Below, piece after piece: positions 30,137 to 40,502 of a stretch of 64,000 nucleotides of DNA. This stretch comes from Beijerinckiaceae bacterium (GTDB taxonomy: Bacteria > Pseudomonadota > Alphaproteobacteria > Rhizobiales > Beijerinckiaceae). The notes under the pieces are model-generated. The model did no database searches and was not told the origin of the DNA. It was given only the letters and a program-made list of their open reading frames with translations. Numbering within the stretch: the stretch's first letter is position 1; each line of letters starts with the position of its first letter. The DNA lies in assembly GCA_965277355.1 (NCBI GenBank), contig CBDICN010000002.1:1029175-1093174 (forward strand), given 5' to 3'. The position numbers and the translations under genes are program-made.

Positions 30137-30843
30137 ACACCACCGACACCGATCACGAGCCGAGCCGCTCCCGCTACCTCGGCTACCGTCTGACACTCGG
30201 TCGACCACGCCTGCTGATCAGCGTGCTCGTGGCGGTTCTCGCCTATGTCGTGCTGCCCTCAAGCATGGAGACGGTCACGCGTCTCCTCGTCGCCTGGAAC
30301 ATCGGCACGGTGCTTGACCTCGTGCTCAACGCCATCATGATCAGCCGCTCGAGCGCCCGCAGCATGCGCTGGCGTGCATCCGTGACGGACGACGGCAAGT
30401 GGGTGATCCTGGGGCTCGCGGCCACAGCGGCTATGGCGGCGATGGGTGCGATCCTCGTCGAGATCGGGATCGCGAAAGGCCTCAAGAGCACTGCCGCGGG
30501 AGAGCATTACCTGCTCGCCGGGCTGACCATCATAAGCGCCTGGGTGTTCATCCACTTGTCCTTCGCGCTGCATTACGCCCACGAGTTCTTCGACGAGCAC
30601 AAGGCGCTGGACGGCGAGGTGTCGAGGCTGAAGGGCGGCCTCAACTTTCCGGGCACGGACGTGCCGGACTATTGGGACTTCATGTACTTCTCGTTCATCA
30701 TCGGCGTGGCCTCGCAGACCGCCGACGTGTCGATTTCCTCGAAACAGATGCGCCGGCTGTCGCTCGCCCACTCGATCCTGTCGTTTTTCTTCAACTCCGC
30801 GATCCTCGCGCTCACCATCAACCTTGCGGCCGGCCTCGTCTAG
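30133..30843 (+). CDS. DUF1345 family membrane protein
   Basis: LHYAHEFF, FPGTDVPDYWDFMYFSFIIG..SQTADV; no ATG at the expected start, in-frame CTG overlaps the ispA stop. Confidence 0.8.
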   Translation: MNTTDTDHEPSRSRYLGYRLTLGRPRLLISVLVAVLAYVVLPSSMETVTRLLVAWNIGTVLDLVLNAIMISRSSARSMRWRASVTDDGKWVILGLAATAAMAAMGAILVEIGIAKGLKSTAAGEHYLLAGLTIISAWVFIHLSFALHYAHEFFDEHKALDGEVSRLKGGLNFPGTDVPDYWDFMYFSFIIGVASQTADVSISSKQMRRLSLAHSILSFFFNSAILALTINLAAGLV

Positions 30844-31322
30844 CGAGCCGCGGGATCGATGGCCTCTCTGAAACGGCGGATTTCAGCCGCGAGCGTGGTA
30901 GCGAGGCGTCGCGCGGCATCGATCGAAGGGACGGTTTTCCTCGCGTCGAACGTTCCATAGGACCGCATCGCGATATGCCTGAACCTGCGCGTTTCATCGA
31001 GATCTGACGCGACTTCGGCCGAAAGAACCGCCGGACGGGCGTGCTCCCCGGAGAGCGGCTTGGCCAGTCGCGCGATCAGCGTCCGATGCCAGTCCTCGCC
31101 GACGGGTTGATCCTCGTCCAAAATCCGCAGGACGCGCTGCAAGGCCTTTTCCGCGGATGTGTGGGCTGCTTGCAGAGCGTGCATCAGCGCCATCCTGTCG
31201 CGATAGCCGTTGAGACCACCATCATCGAAACGGCCGCTCTCAAAAAGAGCAAGCGCGCTCGTGAAATGGCCCTCCGCATCCGTGATGTCATCCTCGACGT
31301 CGATCCATTGGGCGTTGCTCAC
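30840..31322 (-). CDS. HEPN-domain (HepT-like) toxin
   Basis: AHTSAEKALQRVL, GEDWHRTLI, LDETRRFRHIAMRSY; downstream of the MNT gene. Confidence 0.75.
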   Translation of the reverse strand: MSNAQWIDVEDDITDAEGHFTSALALFESGRFDDGGLNGYRDRMALMHALQAAHTSAEKALQRVLRILDEDQPVGEDWHRTLIARLAKPLSGEHARPAVLSAEVASDLDETRRFRHIAMRSYGTFDARKTVPSIDAARRLATTLAAEIRRFREAIDPAAR

Positions 31323-31645
31323 GAGAGCACGATCGCGTCACGCCGAACGCGGGCCATCAGCCGGTCCGAGGCTTCGGCGGCCAGATGCACGTCGGGAACG
31401 AGGCCCAATCGCCGACATACGGCCTCCGCATGATGCCGGGCTTGACGCTCGGAAGCCTCTGGAAAGTCCACGAGAACGTCGAAATCGCTCGCCGGCACGA
31501 GATCGCCCCGCGCCGCCGATCCGAACACCAGGTATCGGCCGCCACACGCGGCGGCATGGACGCGCAATTCCTCCAGCGCCGACTCCGATGCAGATCGCAG
31601 GCGCTCGATCTCCCTCGCTTTCCGGGCCGCGACGGTCACGTACAC
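31319..31645 (-). CDS. Minimal nucleotidyltransferase (MntA-like antitoxin)
   Basis: YLVFGSAARGD...SDFDVLVD. Confidence 0.85.
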   Translation of the reverse strand: MYVTVAARKAREIERLRSASESALEELRVHAAACGGRYLVFGSAARGDLVPASDFDVLVDFPEASERQARHHAEAVCRRLGLVPDVHLAAEASDRLMARVRRDAIVLS

Positions 31646-31689
31646 GCCGGTCTCATGCTCCCTGTCGAATGGTTTGGGGTGCTATTCCC

Positions 31690-32988
31690 CTATTCCGCCG
31701 CCTTCGTGCCGAAGCGGCGCTCGATATACTCCTCCACCAGCGTCTTGAACTCGCCGGCGATGTTGCCGCCCCGCAGCGTCATCGCCTTTCGCCCATCGAT
31801 GAACACCGGCGCGGCCGGTGTCTCGCCGGTGCCGGGCAGCGAGATGCCGATGTCGGCGTGCTTCGATTCGCCGGGGCCGTTGACGATGCAGCCCATCACC
31901 GCGACGTTGAGCATTTCGACGCCGGGATAGCGCGTCTTCCACTCCGGCATCGAGCGAACGATATCGTCCTGGATGTCGCGCGCCAGCTCCTGGAACACGG
32001 TCGAGGTCGTGCGCCCGCAACCGGGGCAGGCCGCGACCTGCGGCACGAAGGTGCGGAAGCCCATCGTCTGCAGAATCTCCTGCGCGACCTTGACCTCCAC
32101 GGTCCTGTCGCCGCCCGGCTCCGGCGTCAGCGAGACGCGGATGGTGTCGCCGATGCCCTGCTGCAGCAGGATGCCGAGCGCCGCGGAGGACGCGACGATC
32201 CCTTTCGAGCCCATGCCCGCCTCGGTCAGACCCAGGTGGAGCGCGTAGTCCGAGCGCGCCGCCAGCATCCGGTAGACGGCGATGAGCTGCTGCACCGCCG
32301 AAACCTTGGCCGAGAGGATGATGCGGTCGCGACCGAGGCCGATCTCCTCCGCTCGCCGGGCGGAGAGCAGGGCCGACCGCAGCATCGCCTCGCGGGTGAC
32401 CGCGCCCATGTCCTTGGGCTCGGCGAGCTTGGCGTTCTCGTCCATCAGATGGGTGAGGAGCTCCTGGTCGAGCGAGCCCCAGTTGGCGCCGATCCGCACC
32501 GTCTTGCCGTAAAGGATCGCCTTCTCGACGATGGTGCCGAACTGGGTGTCGCGCTTGGCCTTGAAGCCGACGTTGCCGGGATTGATGCGATATTTGTCGA
32601 GCGCCTCGGCGCATGCCGGATGGTCGGTCAAGAGCTTGTGGCCGATATAGTGAAAGTCGCCGATCAGCGGCACATGGCAACCGATGCGGGCGAGCCGCTC
32701 CTTGATCTTCGGGACGGCGGCCGCGGCCTCGTCGCGATCGACGGTGATGCGAACCATCTCGGAACCGGCGCGGGCGAGGTTGGCGACCTGACGCACGGTC
32801 GCGTCGATATCGGCCGTATCGGTATTGGTCATCGATTGCACGACGATGGGGGCGCCGCCGCCCACCACCACCGCCCCTTCGCCGACACCAACCGCCACCG
32901 CCACGGTGTTTCGCCTGGCCATCGGCAGGGCAACATCCTGATCGGCGGGATCGGCGGGAGAGAGCGCGGCGTCGAAGGACTGGGTCAT
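31690..32988 (-). CDS. ispG: (E)-4-hydroxy-3-methylbut-2-enyl-diphosphate synthase
   Basis: [38 protein letters not shown]. Confidence 0.96.
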   Translation of the reverse strand: MTQSFDAALSPADPADQDVALPMARRNTVAVAVGVGEGAVVVGGGAPIVVQSMTNTDTADIDATVRQVANLARAGSEMVRITVDRDEAAAAVPKIKERLARIGCHVPLIGDFHYIGHKLLTDHPACAEALDKYRINPGNVGFKAKRDTQFGTIVEKAILYGKTVRIGANWGSLDQELLTHLMDENAKLAEPKDMGAVTREAMLRSALLSARRAEEIGLGRDRIILSAKVSAVQQLIAVYRMLAARSDYALHLGLTEAGMGSKGIVASSAALGILLQQGIGDTIRVSLTPEPGGDRTVEVKVAQEILQTMGFRTFVPQVAACPGCGRTTSTVFQELARDIQDDIVRSMPEWKTRYPGVEMLNVAVMGCIVNGPGESKHADIGISLPGTGETPAAPVFIDGRKAMTLRGGNIAGEFKTLVEEYIERRFGTKAAE

Positions 32989-33337
32989 CGGGACCTTGTG
33001 AATTGGGCCGGAGTGCGAACGCGGCAGGCCTCCGGCACCTTTCGCCGGCGACGTGCCTTCAGATAGAGCAAAGTGCTCCGAGACGGAAGACACCCGAGAT
33101 GGCCATGCGCTATCGAACGCAACGACACGAGCGGTGAAGCCGGCCGGACAGCCGATTGGAACGATCACCGAGTTGTGATAGTGACGCGGTAGAGCTGGCG
33201 TGAATGGACGATCGTGAGTTTCGATTCATGCTCAATCCGGATGGATTAAGACCTAAAGCCAATGGTCGGCCCAAGGTTTCGCTCCTATAGTGCCAGCGGC
33301 GAGGACTGCGCCATGTAAACAATTGCTGAAACGCGTG

Positions 33338-33353
33338 TTCACGGTAGGTTAAC
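33338..33353 (+). promoter_or_regulatory. Near-consensus CtrA box
   Basis: TTCA-CGGTAGG-TTAAC (one mismatch) upstream of the response regulator. Confidence 0.4.
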
Positions 33354-33426
33354 GCGCGAAGGTCGATCCAGCCTATATCAAAGTCGACACCTCGACTTGC
33401 CTGAGGGGGTAAGCTTGGAGGACACC

Positions 33427-34152
33427 ATGACCATGCTTCTCGACGAGTGCAAGACCACCGCGGACAACAAGACCGGCGAGGCGGCCGCGGAGACGGTTCA
33501 GATCATCATCGCCGATGATCACCCGCTGGTGCGCGCGGCGCTCCGGCAAGCGTTGGCCAACGGGATCGACGGCGTCGCGGTTCGCGAAGCGCAGGACCTC
33601 GCTTCGCTCAGCGCGGCGCTTCGCTGTGGCGAACCAGCCGACCTCGTGCTGCTCGATCTCGCGATGCCGGGCGTCAGCGGCTTCTCCGGCCTGCTCTACC
33701 TGCGCTCGCAGCATCCGGAGATTCCCGTCGTCATCGTCTCCGCGACGGAGGAGCACGCCATCATGCGGCGCTGCATCGAGGTCGGCGCCGCCGGTTATAT
33801 CCCGAAGAGCACCGAGGTCGAGACGATGCGCGAGGCCATTCGCGTGGTGCTCGCGGGCGAGATCTGGACGCCCAGCGATCTCGACATGGTGCTGCCGCCC
33901 GATACCGCCGTCGCCGACATGATGCGCCGGTTGTCGAACCTGACGCCGCAGCAATTGCGCGTCCTGATGATGCTGACCCAGGGCCTGCTCAACAAGCAGA
34001 TCGCCTACGAGCTCAAGGTGTCGGAGGCGACCGTCAAGGCGCATGTCTCCGCCATTCTGCAAAAGCTCGGCGTGGACAGCCGCACCCAGGCGGTGATCGC
34101 CGTCTCGAAGATCGATCAAGGCCGCTTCGGCAAGACCGGCGGCGCGGCGTGA
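33427..34152 (+). CDS. NarL/FixJ-type response regulator (REC + LuxR HTH)
   Basis: IADDHPLVR, LLDLAMPG, GYIPKS, LTPQQLRVL..GLLNKQIA. Confidence 0.92.
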   Translation: MTMLLDECKTTADNKTGEAAAETVQIIIADDHPLVRAALRQALANGIDGVAVREAQDLASLSAALRCGEPADLVLLDLAMPGVSGFSGLLYLRSQHPEIPVVIVSATEEHAIMRRCIEVGAAGYIPKSTEVETMREAIRVVLAGEIWTPSDLDMVLPPDTAVADMMRRLSNLTPQQLRVLMMLTQGLLNKQIAYELKVSEATVKAHVSAILQKLGVDSRTQAVIAVSKIDQGRFGKTGGAA

Positions 34153-34259
34153 CCGATCGCGCCGACGCGACCGGCGATGCGGTCACGATAGCGCCTCACC
34201 AGCGCCCTACCCGTTGAGCGCGCGGCCCGGATGCGCGCTTCACTGACGGACAAGACCCT

Positions 34260-34604
34260 TTGACAGAGCACCCGCCGCAAACCGAGCCGCCCCGCTACTG
34301 GTCGCAGAGCGCCACGGCGTCACGCTGGCACCAGCACGATACGCCTTTGCGGCGCTTCCTCGGCGGCTCGCCGCTGGCCGTTCTGGTCAAGCTCGTCGTC
34401 GTGTCGCTTCTCGTCGGCGTGCTGCTGATCTGGAACCACGTCACGCCGGCCGCCGTCTACCGCGCCCTGTCGAACCTGGTCGACTGGGCGCTGACGCTCG
34501 GCTTCCGCTCCGTCCAGGACTTCGGCAGCTACATCGTCGCCGGCGCGGTCATCGTCGTGCCGATCTGGCTGATCCTCCGGGTGCTCAGCTACCGCGGTCG
34601 CTGA
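34260..34604 (+). CDS. DUF6460-like small membrane protein
   Basis: RFLGGSPLAVLVKLVVVSLLVG, GAVIVVPIWLI. Confidence 0.75.
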   Translation: MTEHPPQTEPPRYWSQSATASRWHQHDTPLRRFLGGSPLAVLVKLVVVSLLVGVLLIWNHVTPAAVYRALSNLVDWALTLGFRSVQDFGSYIVAGAVIVVPIWLILRVLSYRGR

Positions 34605-34607
34605 CGA

Positions 34608-35600
34608 ATGGCGAGTGCCGAGCAGCTGCTCAGCCAAAAGCTCGAGTCCGTCTGGAAAAGCTTCATCGTCCTGCTGCCGAACATCGTCACCGGCATCATC
34701 GTGCTGATCGCGTTCTACTTCGGCTCCTGGGCGACGGAGCGTGCCGTGACGCGGCTCTTCCATGGGCGGGGCCAGATCGACCTCGGCGCGTTGCTCGGCG
34801 GCTTCGTTCGCTGGGCGCTGATCGGGTTCGGCGTCCTCGTCGCGGCAACGATCATCTTTCCATCGGTCAAGCCGTCCGACGTGCTCGGCGCCCTGGGGAT
34901 CGGCTCGGTCGCGATCGGCTTCGCCTTCAAAGATATCCTGCAGAACTGGTTTGCCGGCCTGCTCATCCTGTTGCGCCAGCCGTTCCGTCGCGGCGACCAG
35001 ATCGTCGTCGACGGCTACGAGGGCACGGTCGAGCACATCCAGGCGCGGGCCACCGCGATCAAAACCTACGACGGACGACGCGTGGTGATCCCCAACAGCG
35101 ATGTCTACACCAAGATCGTCATCGTCAACACCGCGTTCAAAACGGTGCGCTCGAGCTACGACGTCGGCATCGGCTACGCCGACGATATCGAGGCCGCGCG
35201 CAGCGTCATCCTCGATTCGCTCGACGGCCTGGAGGGAATCCTTCACGACCCGGCGCCCGAAGTGATCCCGTGGGAGCTCGCCGGATCTTCGGTCAACCTG
35301 CGGGTGCGATGGTGGAGTTCGTCGACGCGCATCGCCGTCGTGCTGGCGCGCGGCAGGGTCATCGCCGCGGTTCGCGACGGGCTCACCGGTGCCGGCATCG
35401 ACATGCCCTACCCGACCCAGGTCATGCTGTTCCACGACCAGACCGAAGAGGTCGACGGCGACCGCTCCCGGCAGCGCGAGGGCTGGCCGGCTGGCCCGCG
35501 ACCACCGGAATCCCGCGCCGCGGTCGAGCGGCGGCTCGCTCCGCCGCGCCGCCCCGAGCACCCGCGAAGCGACGCCGTGTCCTCCGAAGGCGAGTTGTAG
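34608..35600 (+). CDS. Small-conductance mechanosensitive channel (MscS family)
   Basis: AIGFAFKDILQNWFAGLLILLRQPFRRGDQI, VVIPNS. Confidence 0.9.
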   Translation: MASAEQLLSQKLESVWKSFIVLLPNIVTGIIVLIAFYFGSWATERAVTRLFHGRGQIDLGALLGGFVRWALIGFGVLVAATIIFPSVKPSDVLGALGIGSVAIGFAFKDILQNWFAGLLILLRQPFRRGDQIVVDGYEGTVEHIQARATAIKTYDGRRVVIPNSDVYTKIVIVNTAFKTVRSSYDVGIGYADDIEAARSVILDSLDGLEGILHDPAPEVIPWELAGSSVNLRVRWWSSSTRIAVVLARGRVIAAVRDGLTGAGIDMPYPTQVMLFHDQTEEVDGDRSRQREGWPAGPRPPESRAAVERRLAPPRRPEHPRSDAVSSEGEL

Positions 35601-35896
35601 CGCGCAAGTCATGTGAAAAATGCATGGACGGTCCTTCGCGCCAATGCTCCTTCTTCGGCGGACACCGTCATCCTCGCGGAAAACGGCCGTCGCAAAAGGT
35701 GATTCTTTAGTCCCTGCCATCACGATGGTTCGTCGATGATTCCCATATCGATCTTCAGCCATGCGTAAATGCATGAGCTGACTGGGCGAAGGGACATGGA
35801 GCCGCCCTTGAACTTCTTGCCGGGATCAGCCATTTCCTAGTCAAGAAACAGGCATATGCCAACTAAACCGGGCAAGCCTTTCGACAGGAGATCGCC

Positions 35897-36109
35897 ATGA
35901 ACATCCGCAGCATCGTCACCACCGCGGCCCTTGCCGCCGGCCTCGCCGCTTCCGCCGCGAGCCCGACGCTCGCCGCCGGCCGCGCCCACTCTCACAACGG
36001 CGTGTCCCGCCAATACGAGAGCCTCGTGGAGTCACGCGACGTCGTCGCCGCCCCCGTCCATCAGAGCCGCACCATCAACGTCTGGGGCAGCTACTTCACC
36101 CTCGACTAA
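35897..36109 (+). CDS. Small secreted protein, paralog 1 (70 aa)
   Basis: AGGAG RBS, signal peptide, strong similarity to the next two ORFs. Confidence 0.8.
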   Translation: MNIRSIVTTAALAAGLAASAASPTLAAGRAHSHNGVSRQYESLVESRDVVAAPVHQSRTINVWGSYFTLD

Positions 36110-36155
36110 GCTTTCCACGCCTCGATAGAGGCATATGCATCGATTGGAGATCGTC

Positions 36156-36368
36156 ATGAACCTTCGCACCGCCACCACCACCGCCGCCCTCGTCGTCGGC
36201 CTTGCCGCGACCGCGTCGACCCCGACGCTCGCCGCCGGCCGCGTCCACCACCACAACGGCGTGTCCCGCCAGTACGAGAGCCTCGTCGAACCGCGTGAGG
36301 TCGTCGCCGCCCCCGTCCATCAGGGCCGCACCATCAACGTCTGGGGCAGCTACTTCACCGTCGACTAA
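36156..36368 (+). CDS. Small secreted protein, paralog 2 (70 aa)
   Basis: GGAGATCGTCATG RBS/start; HNGVSRQYESLVE and RTINVWGSYFT identical to paralog 1. Confidence 0.8.
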   Translation: MNLRTATTTAALVVGLAATASTPTLAAGRVHHHNGVSRQYESLVEPREVVAAPVHQGRTINVWGSYFTVD

Positions 36369-36416
36369 GCCCCGAGTCACGCCTCCATGGAGGCCTAGTA
36401 TCGAGAGGAGATCGTC

Positions 36417-36641
36417 ATGAATCTTCGCCGCATCATCACCACCGCCGCAGTCATCGCCGGCCTCGCCGCGACCGCGGCGACCCCGACGCTCGCCGCCGGC
36501 CGTGGACAGACCCCCGACAGCATCGCCCGCCAGTACGAGAGCCTTGCCCTGCCGAGCGACACCTACACGGTGGGCGTCGAGCACGGCGCCCGCGCGGGCC
36601 GCACCATCGACGCCTGGGGCCAAACCTTCGCTGTCGAGTAG
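36417..36641 (+). CDS. Small secreted protein, paralog 3 (74 aa)
   Basis: Same RBS context; keeps PTLAAGR, RQYESL and RTIDAWGQTF. Confidence 0.78.
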   Translation: MNLRRIITTAAVIAGLAATAATPTLAAGRGQTPDSIARQYESLALPSDTYTVGVEHGARAGRTIDAWGQTFAVE

Positions 36642-36722
36642 GGCAGCGATGGTGACCTTGCCCCGGAGCCGCTGCCATCGAGACCAAAGGCCCACGTCGA
36701 CCTTCGACGCGGGCCTTTCTCG

Positions 36723-37856
36723 TTAATCCGCGTAATCGCCGGCACGCGAGCCCACGAGCGCCGAGAGGGAGCGCTCCGAGCCCAGACGCTTCAGCAAGCC
36801 CGCCTTGATGCCGGTCACGACGCCGGGACCCGCGAAGACCAGCGCCGAATAGAGCTGGACCAGGCTGGCGCCGGCCTCGATCTTGGCGAAGGCCGCGTCC
36901 GCGCCGTCGACGCCGCCGACGCCGATCAGCGGGAACTGCCGCTCCACCCGCACGAACGTCGCCGCCAGCATCCTCGTCGACGGCGCGAACAAGGGCCGCC
37001 CCGACAGGCCGCCGGTCTCGCCGCCGTGCTTATGGGCGGCGATCGCGGCAGGCCGGGAGATCGTCGTGTTCGAGACGATCATGCCGTCGAGGGTCCGCGC
37101 GCGCGCGACGCGCACGACCCTGTCGAGCTCGCCGAGCGAGAGATCGGGTGCGATCTTCAGCAGCACCGGCTTGCGGCCCCATCGTTCCGCCGCGGCATCG
37201 CGGGCGTCCAGCACCCGGGCCAGCAGATGATCGAGCGCATCGGGTGCCTGCAGATCGCGCAGGCCGGGCGTGTTCGGCGAGGACACGTTGATCGCGAAGT
37301 AGTCGGCCAAGTCCGCGAAGGCGCGAATGCCGGCGACGTAATCGGCGACGCGGTCGGCCGCATCCTTGTTGGCGCCGATGTTGACGCCGCGCACGATCCC
37401 GCTTTCGCGCAGGCGTTCGATCCCGCTTGTGCGCAGGCGCACGATCGCGCTTGCGCGCAGGCGCACGATCGCGCTTGCGCGCAGGCGATGGTGCGCGAAA
37501 GCATGCCCCCGGTTGTTGAAGCCGAGGCGATTGATTATCGCGTCGTGCTCGGGCAAGCGGTAAAGCCGCGGCTTGGGGTTGCCCGGCTGCGGCAAAGGGG
37601 TGACGGTGCCGACCTCGGCGAACCCGAAGCCGAGCGCGCCCATCTTGCGGGCGGCGACGCCGTTCTTGTCGAAGCCGGCGGCGAGCCCGACCGGATTGGC
37701 GAAGCGCAGCCCGAACGCGTCGACGGCGAGGCGGGGATCGTCCGGCGCCGGCGGTCGCGCCGGCATCAACGCGAGCGCCGCAAGCGTGAGATCGTGCGCC
37801 CGTTCCGGGTCGAGCGCGTGGAGCGCGGCCCGCGCCAGCGGCCAGGCTCGCATCAC
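36723..37856 (-). CDS. pyrD: Quinone-dependent dihydroorotate dehydrogenase with repeat insertion
   Basis: GLAAGFDKNG, NRLGFNN, GVNIGAN, NVSSPNTPGLR, GGLSGRPL. Confidence 0.95.
   Translation of the reverse strand: MMRAWPLARAALHALDPERAHDLTLAALALMPARPPAPDDPRLAVDAFGLRFANPVGLAAGFDKNGVAARKMGALGFGFAEVGTVTPLPQPGNPKPRLYRLPEHDAIINRLGFNNRGHAFAHHRLRASAIVRLRASAIVRLRTSGIERLRESGIVRGVNIGANKDAADRVADYVAGIRAFADLADYFAINVSSPNTPGLRDLQAPDALDHLLARVLDARDAAAERWGRKPVLLKIAPDLSLGELDRVVRVARARTLDGMIVSNTTISRPAAIAAHKHGGETGGLSGRPLFAPSTRMLAATFVRVERQFPLIGVGGVDGADAAFAKIEAGASLVQLYSALVFAGPGVVTGIKAGLLKRLGSERSLSALVGSRAGDYAD
37389..37484. repeat. 24-bp x4 in-frame tandem repeat inside pyrD
   Basis: Encodes LRASAIVR LRASAIVR LRTSGIER LRESGIVR. 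Confidence 0.9.
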
Positions 37857-38197
37857 GGCGGCAGGCAGGAGAGATCATGCCGGCCGGCGGCGTCGGCCGG
37901 GATCGGGCGGACCCACAGCACGTCGGCGAGCGCGAGCGGCGCATAGAGGTGCGGGAACAGCGCGCCGCCGCGCGACGGCTCCCATCTCAGGGCGCCACCC
38001 AGCGCGTCGGCCTCGACCGCGACGAGCAGCAGATCGCGCTGCCCGGCGAAGTGCTTGGCGGCGGTCTCCTCGACCTGCTCGGGCGTGGAGAAATGGATGA
38101 ACCCGTCGGCGAGGTCGACCGGCGCGCCGGCGAAGATGCCAGCGGCTTCGGCCTGGCGCCACAGCGCCGCCGGGACGATTTTGAGGATCAGCGGCAC
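37853..38197 (-). CDS. DUF952 family protein
   Basis: DLADGFIHFST..QV.ETA.KHF, WEPSRGGALFPHLY; conserved partner of pyrD. Confidence 0.88.
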   Translation of the reverse strand: MPLILKIVPAALWRQAEAAGIFAGAPVDLADGFIHFSTPEQVEETAAKHFAGQRDLLLVAVEADALGGALRWEPSRGGALFPHLYAPLALADVLWVRPIPADAAGRHDLSCLPP

Positions 38198-38222
38198 GAA
38201 AGCCTCAAAACATGAAAGCGCC

Positions 38223-38474
38223 CTAGTGCGAGTACAAACGCTCCAGATCATCATGAAGCGGCTTTGCAGCCTCCACTTGATCGTTCCAAAGCCCACGCAG
38301 CGCACAGAGTTTTTTCGCCTCTTGCAACGGTATCTGATAGATCTCCTTGACGGCCTTTATGGCGTCGATGATCGGCAATCCCGCGCCTTTTAATATTGTC
38401 AATATTTGGGTTTGGTCAGCGCCCAAGCGAACCTTGATCTTTCCTGCTTCGACAAGAACTGCATGATCATTCAT
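38223..38474 (-). CDS. Hypothetical 83-aa protein, lower GC, L7/L12-CTD-like helical motif
   Basis: IIDAIKAVKEIYQIPLQEAKKL; ATG overlaps the stop of the upstream start-less frame. Confidence 0.6.
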   Translation of the reverse strand: MNDHAVLVEAGKIKVRLGADQTQILTILKGAGLPIIDAIKAVKEIYQIPLQEAKKLCALRGLWNDQVEAAKPLHDDLERLYSH

Positions 38475-38806
38475 AACCGCACCGTGAGTTTTATAGCGCG
38501 TCCCGGGTTGATCGATGTGCTCGACGACACACGCACGCCCGTCAGCATCAGAAGCTCGAAACCCCAACCGCGGGCCATGTCGGCTATCGTCGCTCGCGCC
38601 GCGAGGATATTCTTCGATAACCCCGAGAGCGGTGTTTCGGAATCTGAATAGACAACGATATCTTTGAGGCTCAGCGTTTTCTTTAAAATCTCGACTTCGC
38701 TAGCATTCTCACCGGCCCCTTGGACGTCTGGATTGTCAACTCGAACAAATCTCCGGTCTTCGGCGGTGGTCGCATAGAGCGCGCGGGGTCCGCCGCGTAC
38801 CCTGCG
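38471..38806 (-). pseudogene. 111-codon start-less open frame, in frame with the mdh stop
   Basis: Hand translation shows no stop from 38806 to TGA 38473-38471; no ATG/GTG/TTG in the first ~75 codons. Confidence 0.45.
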
Positions 38807-39886
<1,080 letters not shown>

Positions 39887-39926
39887 TTACGACATGCCCG
39901 AACAGTGTCGAAAAGCTCGGTTTAGG

Positions 39927-40376
39927 TCAGCCGCACCATCCAGGGCCGGCCTTGAAGGTCACGTGCTTCTGGTCGATATCGCCGCCGCAGGTTGCGCAGA
40001 CCAGCTTGAGGCCGGCCGCTCCGCCACAAGCGTGCTGAACCACCACGGGTGCGCCTCCAGGCGACACATAAGCATCGCCCCAGGCCATCAAGGCGGCGAC
40101 CACCGGGTAAAGGTCCGCGCCTTTCTTGGACAACTTATAGCCCGCGCCATCCTTGCCGGTCGGACCGGCGACCTTTTCGACAATGCCCAAGTCGTTCAGC
40201 TTCTCGAGCCGCGAAGCCAGCGTGTTTTTGGCGATCGGTAGGCGGCGCTCGAGCTGAGAGAATCTAAGCGGCTTCACAAGCAGCTCGCGAACGATCAGCA
40301 ACGTCCAGCGCTCGCCCACCGCCTCCAGCGCGCGGGCGACCGAGCAGTTCTGGCCTTCGTAGTCGCTCCTCAACAT
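39927..40376 (-). CDS. HxlR-family winged-helix regulator
   Basis: CSVARALEAVGERWTLLIVRE, LASRLEKL. Confidence 0.9.
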   Translation of the reverse strand: MLRSDYEGQNCSVARALEAVGERWTLLIVRELLVKPLRFSQLERRLPIAKNTLASRLEKLNDLGIVEKVAGPTGKDGAGYKLSKKGADLYPVVAALMAWGDAYVSPGGAPVVVQHACGGAAGLKLVCATCGGDIDQKHVTFKAGPGWCG

Positions 40377-40502
40377 CGCTGCTAAAGTTAGGAGCCCTCG
40401 GCTGAGCGAACAAGGCGGGCTTCACCGCCCGCGGGAGCCAAAGTTGCATGAAGAGACAGAATCCGGTTGCGTGAATAGACCAAACCGCTTAGCCTCCCCC
40501 AC

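Noticed and set aside
33049-33330. Possible ncRNA or ORF (33110-33322) in the ispG/regulator intergenic region
   Set aside because: No stable terminator or known RNA motif seen; consistent with a divergent promoter region.
35808-35840. TGAAC-N17-CATT as an ECF promoter for the micro-protein array
   Set aside because: Two mismatches to the EcfG consensus; too weak without TSS data.
35880-36641. Repeated units as a CRISPR array
   Set aside because: Units are ~260-bp coding duplications, not 25-45-bp repeats with unique spacers; no cas genes.
37389-37484. 24-bp repeats as a CRISPR or REP element
   Set aside because: Head-to-tail with no spacers, in frame within pyrD.
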